Shown here piece by piece: positions 10,514-20,838 of a DNA stretch of 64,000 bases (the first letter of the stretch is position 1; every line of letters begins with the position of its first letter). The notes under the pieces are model-generated. The model was not told the origin of the DNA. It searched no databases and saw only the letters and a program-made list of their open reading frames with translations. The stretch spans positions 19,294 through 83,293 of the forward strand of contig CAZGWM010000001.1 in assembly GCA_964529195.1 (NCBI GenBank), written 5' to 3'. This DNA is from an uncultured Muribaculaceae bacterium (GTDB taxonomy: Bacteria; Bacillota_I; Bacilli_A; RF39; UBA660). Made by a program: the position numbers and the translations under genes.

Positions 10514-11592
10514 TTATAAAAAAAGATATGGATCTGAAAATGTTCCGGTTCCAATAATTAGTTTGCTTGGTTTTAAGTTAATTACTGGTCTTACCCCGCC
10601 ATTAAAATATGCGACATAATCATTATATAAATAACTACCTGATCCAACGCTCCACACTCTTACTTCTGACCCAGAATAATAATATGGCGTCATTGTCCAG
10701 TATGATTGGATTGAATTTAAATAGTTAGTTGATCTGGGAGAGTTATATTTTAACCATGTTATTTATCCTTCATCTGCAGTTAGTAATCCTATAGGATATT
10801 GAAGTGAATTATTACCAGGAACAGATAGGTTGTTATAGCTTGTTGTTGTAAATCTATCATTTTGTAAAGGACATTTTAAAGTAGGTATTTTTAAATTATA
10901 AATTCGGTAATAACCAGCATAATTGGTAGAAGAAGTTCCATAATCATCATCCATTTTATAAACTTTGTTTTCAGAAGAGGTACTTACTGAGTTAAAGATT
11001 GAAGTAGAAGGTTCTTCAATGTTTACTTCCCCTTAATTATCAGCAAGTATTATGTTATTTAATTTTCCTCTTGGAGCTATTTTACATTCACTTTTAATTT
11101 TTGTCCCTTCTTCAGTTTTTATGTATGCTTCAAATATTTTATTAAAGTCTTCATTTTGAATATTTTGTGTTTCTGGAAAGTAAAATTTTAAATTATAAGT
11201 ATGAATTTTATTTCCGCCCGTTGGTCCGGAGAAACTTCCGTTTCCAAGTACATCTTCACCAGGTACATTCAGTAAAAAACACATATCTTCTTCAGAAGAT
11301 GGAACTACTGTTCCATTTGAGTTTATATTTGTTGATGTTAGTTTATATGCTATAGCATAATCACTAAATGTATTTGTTTTCATTATTAATGTTAAATTAT
11401 AATCCATAGGATCTGCGGTATTATTATCTCCTGTTACAGTGAAATTTTTATTTGCAAAGTGAGTATTGCTTGGGTTTCAGTTCCACTTATTGTAGCTAAA
11501 AAATAAGCATACGAAAAAATTACTGTTGTGAGTAACAGTATTACAATTATAAAGGCCATTTGGATTAAACTCTGCTTTTCAATTTTGATCAC
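10514..11592 (-). pseudogene. disrupted gene for a ~350-aa secreted protein (signal peptide MAFIIVILLLTTVIFSYAYFLA...): one frameshift near 11465-11485, then in-frame TAA codons at 11033-11035 and 10763-10765
   Basis: My own translation. Frame A (GTG 11592 / ATG 11559) encodes a hydrophobic signal peptide and stops after ~40 codons. The -1 frame continues (...NPSNTHFANKNFTVTGDNNTADPMDYNL...ILADN) to TAA, then in the same frame (GEVNIEEPS...LLTADEG) to TAA, then in the same frame (ITWLKYNSPRS...YYYSGSEVRVWSVGSGSYLYNDYVAYFNGGVRPVINLKPSKLIIGTGTFSDPYLFL) to a stop at 10514. The ORF track shows the fragments 11033-11407 and 10763-10954. Confidence 0.6.
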
Positions 11593-11641
11593 TTTACCTT
11601 ATATATTTAGTATACGAGATATATAATCTTTATTAAATGTT

Positions 11642-12439
11642 TTATTTGGTACAATAAGAGCAGTAAGTAGTTGATCTTCCACCTATTTTATCTTTTGTTA
11701 GTTTATTTTTACATACTGGGCATATTTCTTTTCCATATACTTTTAAGTAATTTTGATAATTACCATATACTCCTAAGCTTGATGTGTAACTTCTTATTGT
11801 AGTTCCTTTTTCTTTTATTGCTTGATTTAATATTTTTATTGAAGAGTCTATTATTTTTGTTGTTTCTTCTTTTGTTATGTTATTTCCTTTTTTATGTGGA
11901 TTTATTTTTGCTTCAAATAATACTTCATCTACATATATATTACCAAGTCCGCTCATTATCTCTTGGTTTAGTAATATTGTTTTAATTGGAGTTTTTCTTT
12001 TATTTATTTTTTCGTATAGTGTTTCACTTGATATATCAAATGGTTCTTTTCCAAGATTAACTAAACTTTTACTTTTGGTTATATCATCTAAAAGAGTCAT
12101 TCTTCCAAACTTTCTTGTATCATGATAAGTAAGAGTAGTATTATCTGTAAATATAAAGATGATATGTTCGTGTTTAACAGGAGCATCTTTTATATTTTTT
12201 AAATAGTATTTCCCTTCCATTCGAAGGTGACTTATTAGTGTATATTTATCTATTTTAAATAATATAAATTTTCCTTTTGTTTCAATATCTTTTATTTTTT
12301 TTCCTTTTAATAAATTTAAATCTAAACTATCTTCCGTTATCATTTTAGGATATATTATTTTTATTTCTTTTATTTCTTTATTTAATATATTATTTTTTAG
12401 TGTTTTTACAACTGTTCTTACTTCGGGTAGTTCTGGCAT
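11642..12439 (-). CDS. mutM: formamidopyrimidine-DNA glycosylase (Fpg/MutM)
   Basis: MPELPEVRTV... N-terminal catalytic Pro/Glu; C-terminal zinc finger CPVCKN...CSYC. Confidence 0.9.
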   Translation of the reverse strand: MPELPEVRTVVKTLKNNILNKEIKEIKIIYPKMITEDSLDLNLLKGKKIKDIETKGKFILFKIDKYTLISHLRMEGKYYLKNIKDAPVKHEHIIFIFTDNTTLTYHDTRKFGRMTLLDDITKSKSLVNLGKEPFDISSETLYEKINKRKTPIKTILLNQEIMSGLGNIYVDEVLFEAKINPHKKGNNITKEETTKIIDSSIKILNQAIKEKGTTIRSYTSSLGVYGNYQNYLKVYGKEICPVCKNKLTKDKIGGRSTTYCSYCTK

Positions 12440-14986
12440 TTAAACCTCATACCAATTTAATCCATAGCTTACATCTGCTTTTATCGGTACTTTTAATTTC
12501 GCTACGTTTTGCATTGTTTCTTTTGTTATTTTTTCTATTATTTCTTTTTCTTCTTTTATTACATCAAATATTATTTCATCGTGAACTTGAAGAATCATTT
12601 TACTTTTTAAGTTATTGTTTGTTATTTCTTTATCTAAATTTACCATTGCCATTTTCATTATATCAGCAGCAGTTCCTTGAATAGGTGTATTAAGAGCAAT
12701 TCTCTCTCCAGCTTGTCTTATGTTATAGTTTTTATTTTTCAGTTCTGGAATGTCTCTTTTTCGGTTAAATAAAGTTCTTACATTTCCATATTCATATGCT
12801 TCTTTAACTATTTCATCCATATAAGTTTTAACTCCTGGATAAAGCTCTAAATATTTATCAATTAATTTTTTAGCCTCTAGTGGATTTATGCTTAGGTTTT
12901 CACTTAATCCAAAACCGCTAATTCCATATACTATTCCAAATATTACTGCTTTAGCAGCAGATCTCATATCTTTTGTTACCTCTTCTTTTAAAACCCCATA
13001 CACATCACTTGCAACTTTAGTATGAATATCCTCATCATGTATAAAAGCATCAATAAGAGATTTTGATCCTGATATATGCGCTAGGACTCTTAGTTCTATT
13101 TGGGAATAATCTGCACTTAAAAATAAATCATTTACAGGAATGAAAGCTTTTCTTACTCTTCTTCCAATTTCATCTCTTGTTGGTATGTTTTGAAGATTAG
13201 GTTCAACACTTGATAACCTTCCGGTTCTTGTTAGTGTTTGTTTATATATTGTATGAATTAAATCATTTTTTATATAAGTACTCATTCCTTCTAAGTATGT
13301 TCCATTTAATTTAGTTAAATTTCTATATTCAAGTATTTTTTCTATTATTGGATGTTTATCTTTTAATTTTTCTAAAGTAGATGCATCAGTACTATAACTT
13401 TTAGTTGCTGTTTTTTTGTATGATGGAAGTCCCATTTTAGAAAATAAGATTTCGCCTAGTTGTTTTGGGCTACTTATATTAAATTCTTCTCCTGCATAGT
13501 TATATATTGTATTTGATATGGTTTCTATTTTTATTTTTATTTCAGTACTCATGTTTTCAAGAAGAGTTTTATTTACCTTTACGCCGTTTAATTCCATTTT
13601 GGCTAAAACATTTATAAGAGGCATCTCTACGTTATTAAATAAATCATACATATTTTCCATCTTTAATTCTTTTATGAGTTTATCTCTTGTTTCGTATATG
13701 TATTTTGCTTTTATTGTAACTGCTTCTTTTAATTTCGCTTCATCTTTGATTACATCTTCATAAAAAGGGCATGAGTATCCTTCATTGTTTATTAAATAAG
13801 CGATGTCTTCTTTTGTTTGATAATTTAAAAGGTATGTAGCAATCATATGATCAAAGATTGTATTTGTATTTAAGTCATTAAGTAAGACTATATTTTTCTT
13901 TAAATCATATGTGTATTTTTTTTCTTCTTTATAATAATCAAGAACATCTTTTAATAATTCTTTTTTTACATAATAAGAATCTACACCATCATAAATAGCT
14001 GCTCCAATTATATTTCCTTCATGATAATTTGGTTTATCACTCTCTATGTAATAAGATATTATTTTTGATTTTTTTAATTCTTTTATATCTTTTAATTCTT
14101 TATAGTTGTTTTCAATTACGACTTTTTTTACTTCGATGTTTTTTAGTAGTGAGTAAAACTCTAAGTCTTTATATATTTCTTCAAGCATTTCATTTGGTCC
14201 ATTATAAGTTAGTTCTTCTAAGTTTATATTAAGCGGTATATCTCTATATATAGTGCACATATCTTTACTAAAGAAAGCATCAGTTTTTCCATCTATTAGT
14301 TTTTGTTTTAGTGCTCCTTTTATATTTTCTATATTTTCATATACATTTTCAATTGTTTTATATTCTCTTAAAAGTTTTAAGGCAGTTATTTCTCCAACTC
14401 CTTTTACTCCAGGTATATTATCAGATGAGTCTCCAGATAATGCTTTTAGATCAATTATATTAATTGGATCAATTCCATATTCTTCTTTAAATGTTTCTTC
14501 ATTCATTCTTATATGATCTTTTTGTTTTAATAGTTTAACATCAGTTTCTTTTGATATTAGCTGGAGCATATCTTTATCAGATGAGATGATTGTTGCATCA
14601 AAGTTAGGATCTTTTTCGGTTTGTTTAGTAATTGTTCCGATGATATCATCCGCTTCATAATTTTCTTTTTCTAAGTATTTAATTCCCATTCCATCTAAAA
14701 GCTCTCTAGCGCGTTTCATTTGTTTTTTTAAATCATCTGGAGTTTCATTTCTTCCAGCTTTATAGTCTTTATATTTTTCATGTCTAAAGTTTTTACCAAC
14801 ATCAAACGCTACTAACATATATTTTGGATTTTCTTCTTTGATTATTTTATTTAACATTGTAGTAAAGCCATATAATGCATTTGTCGCATCACCCTTACTG
14901 TTTTTCATAAGTGCTCCAGAGTAAAGAGTTGCAAAATAACTTCTAAACATTAAATTATTACCATCTATTAGTATGATTTTTTTCAT
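12440..14986 (-). CDS. polA: DNA polymerase I
   Basis: 5'-3' exonuclease N-domain plus family-A polymerase motifs (DYSQIELR, QVHDE); 848 aa; directly abuts mutM. Confidence 0.9.
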   Translation of the reverse strand: MKKIILIDGNNLMFRSYFATLYSGALMKNSKGDATNALYGFTTMLNKIIKEENPKYMLVAFDVGKNFRHEKYKDYKAGRNETPDDLKKQMKRARELLDGMGIKYLEKENYEADDIIGTITKQTEKDPNFDATIISSDKDMLQLISKETDVKLLKQKDHIRMNEETFKEEYGIDPINIIDLKALSGDSSDNIPGVKGVGEITALKLLREYKTIENVYENIENIKGALKQKLIDGKTDAFFSKDMCTIYRDIPLNINLEELTYNGPNEMLEEIYKDLEFYSLLKNIEVKKVVIENNYKELKDIKELKKSKIISYYIESDKPNYHEGNIIGAAIYDGVDSYYVKKELLKDVLDYYKEEKKYTYDLKKNIVLLNDLNTNTIFDHMIATYLLNYQTKEDIAYLINNEGYSCPFYEDVIKDEAKLKEAVTIKAKYIYETRDKLIKELKMENMYDLFNNVEMPLINVLAKMELNGVKVNKTLLENMSTEIKIKIETISNTIYNYAGEEFNISSPKQLGEILFSKMGLPSYKKTATKSYSTDASTLEKLKDKHPIIEKILEYRNLTKLNGTYLEGMSTYIKNDLIHTIYKQTLTRTGRLSSVEPNLQNIPTRDEIGRRVRKAFIPVNDLFLSADYSQIELRVLAHISGSKSLIDAFIHDEDIHTKVASDVYGVLKEEVTKDMRSAAKAVIFGIVYGISGFGLSENLSINPLEAKKLIDKYLELYPGVKTYMDEIVKEAYEYGNVRTLFNRKRDIPELKNKNYNIRQAGERIALNTPIQGTAADIMKMAMVNLDKEITNNNLKSKMILQVHDEIIFDVIKEEKEIIEKITKETMQNVAKLKVPIKADVSYGLNWYEV

Positions 14987-16221
14987 TTCTTTTCCTTTCT
15001 GGTTACACCAGCTTTTATTCCAGCGATAGATCTTTTTCGATCAATTCCTGTTTTTGATTTTAATAAATTTATATATTTAAATTTAGTTAAATCAGATATG
15101 TTTAAAGCATCAATATTCTCTGGATCATTAAAGTAAAATATATTATCACCCGTTAAAAGGTTTCTTCCAACTCCTAATAAAGTATATTCTTCTTTATTAT
15201 CTGTTGAGTTTAAAAGATATGCTGCTTCTAAGTCTTTTTCTGGCGCGATTATAAAATCATTTAGTTTACTAAATCTTTCATAATTATATGCATTTGGAAT
15301 TACTTTAAATACCTCAAGTGATTCCTCATTTATATAGTTAGCTACATTTGATGTTATAAAATCTACTTTATCTGAAAAAATTAGACTCCAAAATTCCGGA
15401 TCATTAAAGTTATAGTTTTCATTTCCAATTAAATACATATCCGGTGTATCATCATATTTATATGCAATTATGTATTTACCTTCTATTTTATATATATTAG
15501 TATTTTTATCATATAAAATATAATCACTATTTGAGTGAGGATATTTTTCTTTTAAATAAGATCTTAATATTGCTTGTGTATATCTACCTTCATAAGTATT
15601 TGTTTCAACATATGTATGATTATTTTTTGATGTTTTTACTTCTCTTTCTTTTATAAAATCTTTGTATTTTTCAGGTACACTGTGAAAAGTATATTTTGTG
15701 AAAAATCTTTTTAATGTTGCTCCAAGATCTGTTTCTCTTCCTTCTTTTAAAAGATTTTTATCTACTCCACCTAAATGGGCCATATTAGTTATTTCATTTA
15801 CTATTTGAAGTCCTTCTAAGTAATGTCTTTGATCGTAACTATCATATAAATCTTCAAGTAAGGGTGATAATTTGTATAAATATGTTGTTATTCTTAAAGT
15901 TGGATTTTTTATTTTATCTATTTCTCGTCTAAAAACTGGATTTGATATAAAGTCTCTTATTAATTCATAATCATATACATAATTAGAAAGAAATATATGT
16001 CTTACTGAGTTATATATTAGTAAATATATTTGTTTATCAGTTAATTTTGAATTAGAAAGCTCTCTTTCAAGAGTTTTAATCTCTATAATAGAGTCATGAA
16101 GTTTAGATAATCTTCCTGGTTCTTCTCTATAATCATATACTTCTTCTATTAATTTTGTAAATATACCAATATATCTTTGACTTAAATTTGATGCCATTAC
16201 TAGGCTTTGTTCATAGTTCAT
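14983..16221 (-). CDS. hypothetical protein (412 aa), translationally coupled to polA
   Basis: Long uninterrupted ORF with a 4-nt overlap onto the polA start; no family recognised by eye. Confidence 0.5.
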   Translation of the reverse strand: MNYEQSLVMASNLSQRYIGIFTKLIEEVYDYREEPGRLSKLHDSIIEIKTLERELSNSKLTDKQIYLLIYNSVRHIFLSNYVYDYELIRDFISNPVFRREIDKIKNPTLRITTYLYKLSPLLEDLYDSYDQRHYLEGLQIVNEITNMAHLGGVDKNLLKEGRETDLGATLKRFFTKYTFHSVPEKYKDFIKEREVKTSKNNHTYVETNTYEGRYTQAILRSYLKEKYPHSNSDYILYDKNTNIYKIEGKYIIAYKYDDTPDMYLIGNENYNFNDPEFWSLIFSDKVDFITSNVANYINEESLEVFKVIPNAYNYERFSKLNDFIIAPEKDLEAAYLLNSTDNKEEYTLLGVGRNLLTGDNIFYFNDPENIDALNISDLTKFKYINLLKSKTGIDRKRSIAGIKAGVTRKEKK

Positions 16222-16243
16222 AAAGTACCTCTTCTAAGTAAAT

Positions 16244-16277
16244 TTTATCACATATAAAAAGGAATTAAAACTTTATT
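16244..16277 (-). terminator. terminator overlapping the rpoZ stop
   Basis: AAGGAATTAA-AACTTTA-TTAATTCCTT hairpin whose 3' arm encodes the last rpoZ codons; U-tract follows on the minus strand. Confidence 0.5.
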
Positions 16278-16456
16278 AATTCCTTTTCTATTTCTTCTAA
16301 AGCTCTTCCTAAAGTTTTTTTGCATTTGTATTCATTTTCTTTTAATTGATAATGATTTGTTTTTTGCATTTGGACACTTCTTCTAGAAGATATGTGGACT
16401 AATTTAAATTTTGAGTCTACAACATTTAATATTTTATCTATTGACGGATAAATCAT
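16265..16456 (-). CDS. rpoZ: DNA-directed RNA polymerase subunit omega
   Basis: MIYPSIDKILNVVDSKFKLVHISSRRSVQMQ... matches the RpoZ (YloH) N-terminal consensus; 63 aa. Confidence 0.75.
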   Translation of the reverse strand: MIYPSIDKILNVVDSKFKLVHISSRRSVQMQKTNHYQLKENEYKCKKTLGRALEEIEKELIKF

Positions 16457-16537
16457 TTTATCACTCCCTATGTTAATTATACTATAGTTTTTTCTTTACA
16501 ACATATTTATATTAAATATGTACAATAAATTTACAAT

Positions 16538-17845
16538 TTAAAAAGGGAAGTTCATATTATTATTTGATAAGTTTTTCATCATTTTTTGCATTTCTTCAAA
16601 TTGTTTTAGTAATCTATTTACCTCTTCAACTGAAGTTCCGCTTCCATTTGCGATTCTTTTTTTTCGGCTTGCTTTTAATATTGATGGATTTTTTCTTTCG
16701 TCTTTAGTCATTGATAGTATTATAGCTTCGATTCTAGCAATCTTTTTTGGGTCAATATCTATATTACCAAGCCCCATATTTCTTGCTCCAGGAAGCATTT
16801 TTATTATGTTTTCAAGTGGTCCTAGTTTTTTCATTTGTTTCATTGTATTTAAAAAATCTTCTAAATCAAATTTTCCACGTTTCATTTTTTTACTTAAATC
16901 AAGGGCAACATCTTCATCAATTACTTCACCAGCTTTTTCTGCTATTGATAAAATATCCCCCATATCAAGTATTCTATCTGCCATTCTCTCTGGATTAAAT
17001 TCAGTTAATCCATCTAGTTTTTCTGAGTCTCCTAAAAATTTAATTGGGATGTTAGTTAAATGTCTTACTGAAAGAGCTACTCCTCCTTTAGTGTTACCAT
17101 CCATTTTAGTTAAGATCGATCCGGTTAATTTCAATTTATTATTAAATCCATTTATAACATTAATTGCATCTTGTCCCATCATTGCATCAATGACTAAAAG
17201 AGTTTCATCAGGTTTTATTATTTCTGATATATCTTCAAGTTCCTTCATTAAAGCATCATCAATATGAAGTCTACCTGCAGTATCTACAATTATATAATCT
17301 AAATTATTTTCTTTTGCATATATAAGTGCTTCTTCTACTATTATTTTAGGATCGGTTTTTCCTTTTTCAAAAACAGGAACATTTAAACTTTTACCTAGTT
17401 CTTTTAATTGATCAATTGCAGCTGGCCTATATATATCACATGCTACTAAAAGTGGTTTTTTATTATGTTTTTTTATTACATAGTTAGCTATTTTACCAGC
17501 AGTTGTTGTTTTACCAGATCCTTGAAGTCCACTCATCATTATTATTGTTTGATTTTTATCTACTTTTAATTCTTCTTTTTTATCACCTAGTAGATTTATT
17601 ATTTCATCTCTTATTAGTTTTATAAATAGTTCTTCTGGTTTTAATGTTTTAGAAACATCTAAACCAAGTGCTTTTTCTTTGACTGATTTAGTAAATTCTT
17701 TTACAACTTCATAGTTAACATCAGCTTCTAAAAGTGCGATTCTTATTTCTTTTATTGCATCAGATATATTATCTTCGGTGATGCGCCCCATTCCTTTTAT
17801 ATTTTTAATCGCGCTTGTTAATTTATCTCCCATGAATTCAAACAT
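16538..17845 (-). CDS. ffh: signal recognition particle protein Ffh (SRP54)
   Basis: NG domain GTPase motifs (GLQGSGKTTT, DTAGR) plus a Met-rich M domain. Confidence 0.9.
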   Translation of the reverse strand: MFEFMGDKLTSAIKNIKGMGRITEDNISDAIKEIRIALLEADVNYEVVKEFTKSVKEKALGLDVSKTLKPEELFIKLIRDEIINLLGDKKEELKVDKNQTIIMMSGLQGSGKTTTAGKIANYVIKKHNKKPLLVACDIYRPAAIDQLKELGKSLNVPVFEKGKTDPKIIVEEALIYAKENNLDYIIVDTAGRLHIDDALMKELEDISEIIKPDETLLVIDAMMGQDAINVINGFNNKLKLTGSILTKMDGNTKGGVALSVRHLTNIPIKFLGDSEKLDGLTEFNPERMADRILDMGDILSIAEKAGEVIDEDVALDLSKKMKRGKFDLEDFLNTMKQMKKLGPLENIIKMLPGARNMGLGNIDIDPKKIARIEAIILSMTKDERKNPSILKASRKKRIANGSGTSVEEVNRLLKQFEEMQKMMKNLSNNNMNFPF

Positions 17846-20715
17846 TATATCTCTCCTTTTATATTAATTATCTCTATTTTATTTACTACTATTTGGTATT
17901 TTTCCATTCTTTTTTCAACTTTACCTTCTATTTTAAGTAAATCTCCTTTTTTTACTCTATTTATATAATCTATTTTTTTAGGAAATAATACATAATCTAG
18001 TTTACCAGTTTCATCACTAGCTTCTAAAAAGGCCATTGAATCACCTTTTTTAGTTGTTATTTGATTTGTTTTTTCAAGTAGCACAACTGTTGTTATATAT
18101 TTATCAAAGTACGCACTTATATCTTTTATTTTAGGTGTATTAAATTTATTAGATGGATGATTAGATACATAAAAGCCATATAATTCCATTTCTTTTTCCA
18201 TTAATGTTATTAAATCATATTCATCATATCTATCTAAATTAGGAACACTTACTAAAGATGAATCAAGTCCGCCTCTTAATTCAGAATATATTATAGCAGA
18301 GTTTATATTTTCAGTTAATGTTTTTCTGGTTTCATTAAATAAATCAAGAGCTCCACCAAATATTAAGTTTTCAATTGTTTTAATATTAACACTTTTTCCA
18401 TATACTCTAGATACAAAATCAAAATATGAAGTAAAAACTCCATTTTCTCTTTCTTTTATTATTTCTTCAGATGCACTTATTCCAATATTTTTAATTAAAG
18501 AAAGAGGCATTATTATTTCTTCTTTTAAATTATAATTTATTTCACTTAAGTTTATATTTGGTTTTAATATATTAAGTCCAAGTAATTTAGCCTCATCAAT
18601 ATATTCTTTTGTTTTAGAACTTGATCCCATATTTGAATTAAGAAGTGCTAGATAAAACTCTTTTGAATATTTTACTTTTAAATACATCATTTGATACCCG
18701 ACCATAGCATACGCTACTGAATGTGATTTATTAAATCCATAATTAGCAAATCTAAGTATTAAATCATATATTAAAGTTGCTGTTTTTTCATCATAGTTAT
18801 TATTAATTGCTTTTTTTATAAAGATTTCTTTTTCTTTTAAGATCACTTCTTTTTGCATTTTTGATACTGCTCTTCTAATTAAGTCAGCTTCACTTGGTTT
18901 ATAGTTACCAACTTTAGTTAGTATTTGAATTATTTGTTCTTGGTATACTATAATTCCATATGTTTCTTTTAATATATCTTCTAAATCCGGATGAATATAA
19001 TCTATCTTTTCTTTTTTTTCTCTTCTTTTTATAAACGAAGGTATATTTTGAGCAGGACCTGGTCTGTAAAGGGCTAAAGCTACTGCTATATCCATAAATG
19101 AATTTGGTTTTAAGTTTCTTAAAAAATTTCTTATACCTTCACTTTCAAATTGAAATATACCGGTTGTACTTCCATTTCTAAATACTTTTAATACTTCATC
19201 ATCATTTAAATCTATTTTATTTATATTTATTTTTTCATCAATTTTATCTAATGTATCTGATATTATTGTTAAATCTTTTATAGCTAAAAAATCCATTTTT
19301 AAAAGACCTAGATCTTCTAAGTAATTCATTGTATAACCAGTTAAGTAAACATCTCCACTTTTATTAATTGGGATTATATCATCTAGATCATATTTAGATA
19401 CTACTACTCCTGCAGCATGAGTACTTATATGTTTTTTTAATCCTTCTAATTTCATTGCTTCATAGTAAATGTTTTTATAATCTAAGTTACTATTTATTAA
19501 TTTAATTACTTTTTCATTTAAATTTTCTTTTAATGTTTTTTTAGGATCAATTAATTTAAGTAAATCAGGCATATTAATATCATGTATTTTCGATACTGAA
19601 ATTAATACCTGTTTAGCGGCAAGTGTTCCATATGTCATTATGTTCATTACTTTTTCATTTCCATATTTTTCTTTTACATAATTAACTACTTCATCTCGTC
19701 TTTTGGCATCAAAATCAATATCAATATCTGGCATTGTTATCCTGTCAGGATTTAAAAATCTTTCAAATAATAAACCGTATTTAACAGGATCAACTGAGGT
19801 TATTCCAAGGCAGTATGTAACAAGAGATCCAGCTGCTGATCCTCTTCCGGGTCCAACTATTATTTTATTTTTAACAGCAAATAAAACATAATCATATACA
19901 ATTAAAAAATAATCTGTGTAATTCATTTCTTTTATTACTTTTAATTCATATAATAATCTTTCTTTATAAATATCTGGAACGTTTCCCCCTAATCTTTTAT
20001 AAAGGCCTTTTATAGATAAATCTCTTAAGAAAGTATCACTATCTTTTATATTATCATCATAATGCGGAATTAAATTATTATACTTTTCTTTTGTAATATT
20101 TATTTGGTTTGTTATTAAACTTAGGTCTAGTGGCTTTATATAATTATCTTCATAGTTAACTTTTTCTATTTCATATAACATTTTTCCTTCATTTATTGCA
20201 TTTAAAGTATTTAAATACTTTTGATCTTCTTTATTTAATGATTTTACAGTTTCAAAAGGGATTATATTCTTAGTTATTAAAGATGAATTAGTTTTTTCTT
20301 CTTTAGTTTTATATCCAATATATATTTTATCTGTTATTTTAGTTAATTCTTTATATAAATGAGCTGATTTATAAGGAAGAAGAATAATTAAATTACTTAT
20401 ATATTTAGATAATTTTAAAACATTTAATTTATTATTTAATATATATGTGTTTATTTTAAATAGTGATTTTAATCCTTCATTATTTTTAGCATATAATATT
20501 ATTCTTTCTTCATTTAAAAAAGTATCAAGACCAATTACAGGCTTAATATTATTTTTTAATGTTTCTTTTAAAAACTCAGCTGATGATGATAAGTCATCAT
20601 CAATAATTCCAATAGTAGTATATTTATTTTCTTTTGCATATAAAATTAAATCTTCTATTTTAATAAGACTTTTTAAAAGTGAATAATCAGTTTTTATAAA
20701 TATATTTTCTTTCAC
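17845..20715 (-). CDS. dnaE: DNA polymerase III alpha subunit DnaE (GTG start; PHP domain without conserved His ligands)
   Basis: Pol IIIalpha core (...GPGRGSAAGSLV..., PDIDIDF) and C-terminal OB fold. An SD (AAAGGAAGT) precedes GTG at 20715, so the track's upstream ATG at 20763 would lie in the promoter. The PHP N-terminus reads NIFIKTDYSLL instead of HxHxHS. Confidence 0.85.
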   Translation of the reverse strand: MKENIFIKTDYSLLKSLIKIEDLILYAKENKYTTIGIIDDDLSSSAEFLKETLKNNIKPVIGLDTFLNEERIILYAKNNEGLKSLFKINTYILNNKLNVLKLSKYISNLIILLPYKSAHLYKELTKITDKIYIGYKTKEEKTNSSLITKNIIPFETVKSLNKEDQKYLNTLNAINEGKMLYEIEKVNYEDNYIKPLDLSLITNQINITKEKYNNLIPHYDDNIKDSDTFLRDLSIKGLYKRLGGNVPDIYKERLLYELKVIKEMNYTDYFLIVYDYVLFAVKNKIIVGPGRGSAAGSLVTYCLGITSVDPVKYGLLFERFLNPDRITMPDIDIDFDAKRRDEVVNYVKEKYGNEKVMNIMTYGTLAAKQVLISVSKIHDINMPDLLKLIDPKKTLKENLNEKVIKLINSNLDYKNIYYEAMKLEGLKKHISTHAAGVVVSKYDLDDIIPINKSGDVYLTGYTMNYLEDLGLLKMDFLAIKDLTIISDTLDKIDEKININKIDLNDDEVLKVFRNGSTTGIFQFESEGIRNFLRNLKPNSFMDIAVALALYRPGPAQNIPSFIKRREKKEKIDYIHPDLEDILKETYGIIVYQEQIIQILTKVGNYKPSEADLIRRAVSKMQKEVILKEKEIFIKKAINNNYDEKTATLIYDLILRFANYGFNKSHSVAYAMVGYQMMYLKVKYSKEFYLALLNSNMGSSSKTKEYIDEAKLLGLNILKPNINLSEINYNLKEEIIMPLSLIKNIGISASEEIIKERENGVFTSYFDFVSRVYGKSVNIKTIENLIFGGALDLFNETRKTLTENINSAIIYSELRGGLDSSLVSVPNLDRYDEYDLITLMEKEMELYGFYVSNHPSNKFNTPKIKDISAYFDKYITTVVLLEKTNQITTKKGDSMAFLEASDETGKLDYVLFPKKIDYINRVKKGDLLKIEGKVEKRMEKYQIVVNKIEIINIKGEI

Positions 20716-20734
20716 TATTACTTCCTTTGATTTT

Positions 20735-20810
20735 ATTATATAATACATGCCTTTTATAGGCAAATTAAGAATTCAAAATAATTGACACACCTCTTTATCT
20801 ATGATAAAAT
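20735..20810. promoter_or_regulatory. back-to-back divergent sigma-A promoters
   Basis: Minus strand: TTGCCT (20763-20758), 17-nt spacer, TATAAT (20740-20735), driving dnaE. Plus strand: TTGACA (20782-20787), 17-nt spacer, TAAAAT (20805-20810), driving the small basic protein gene. Confidence 0.6.
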
Positions 20811-20838
20811 CAATAACAGCGAATTAAGGAGGAATACC

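Noticed and set aside
10763-11035. In-frame TAA codons as programmed read-through or recoding
   Set aside because: TAA is not a known recoding codon in bacteria, and the same gene also carries a frameshift. Decay or error is the simpler explanation.
11455-11480. TGA at the frame junction of the disrupted secreted-protein gene as possible evidence for translation table 4 (TGA = Trp)
   Set aside because: All conserved genes in the window are full length under the standard code and use TGG for Trp (e.g. the WCGPC motif of trxA). TGA is not used as a sense codon anywhere else.
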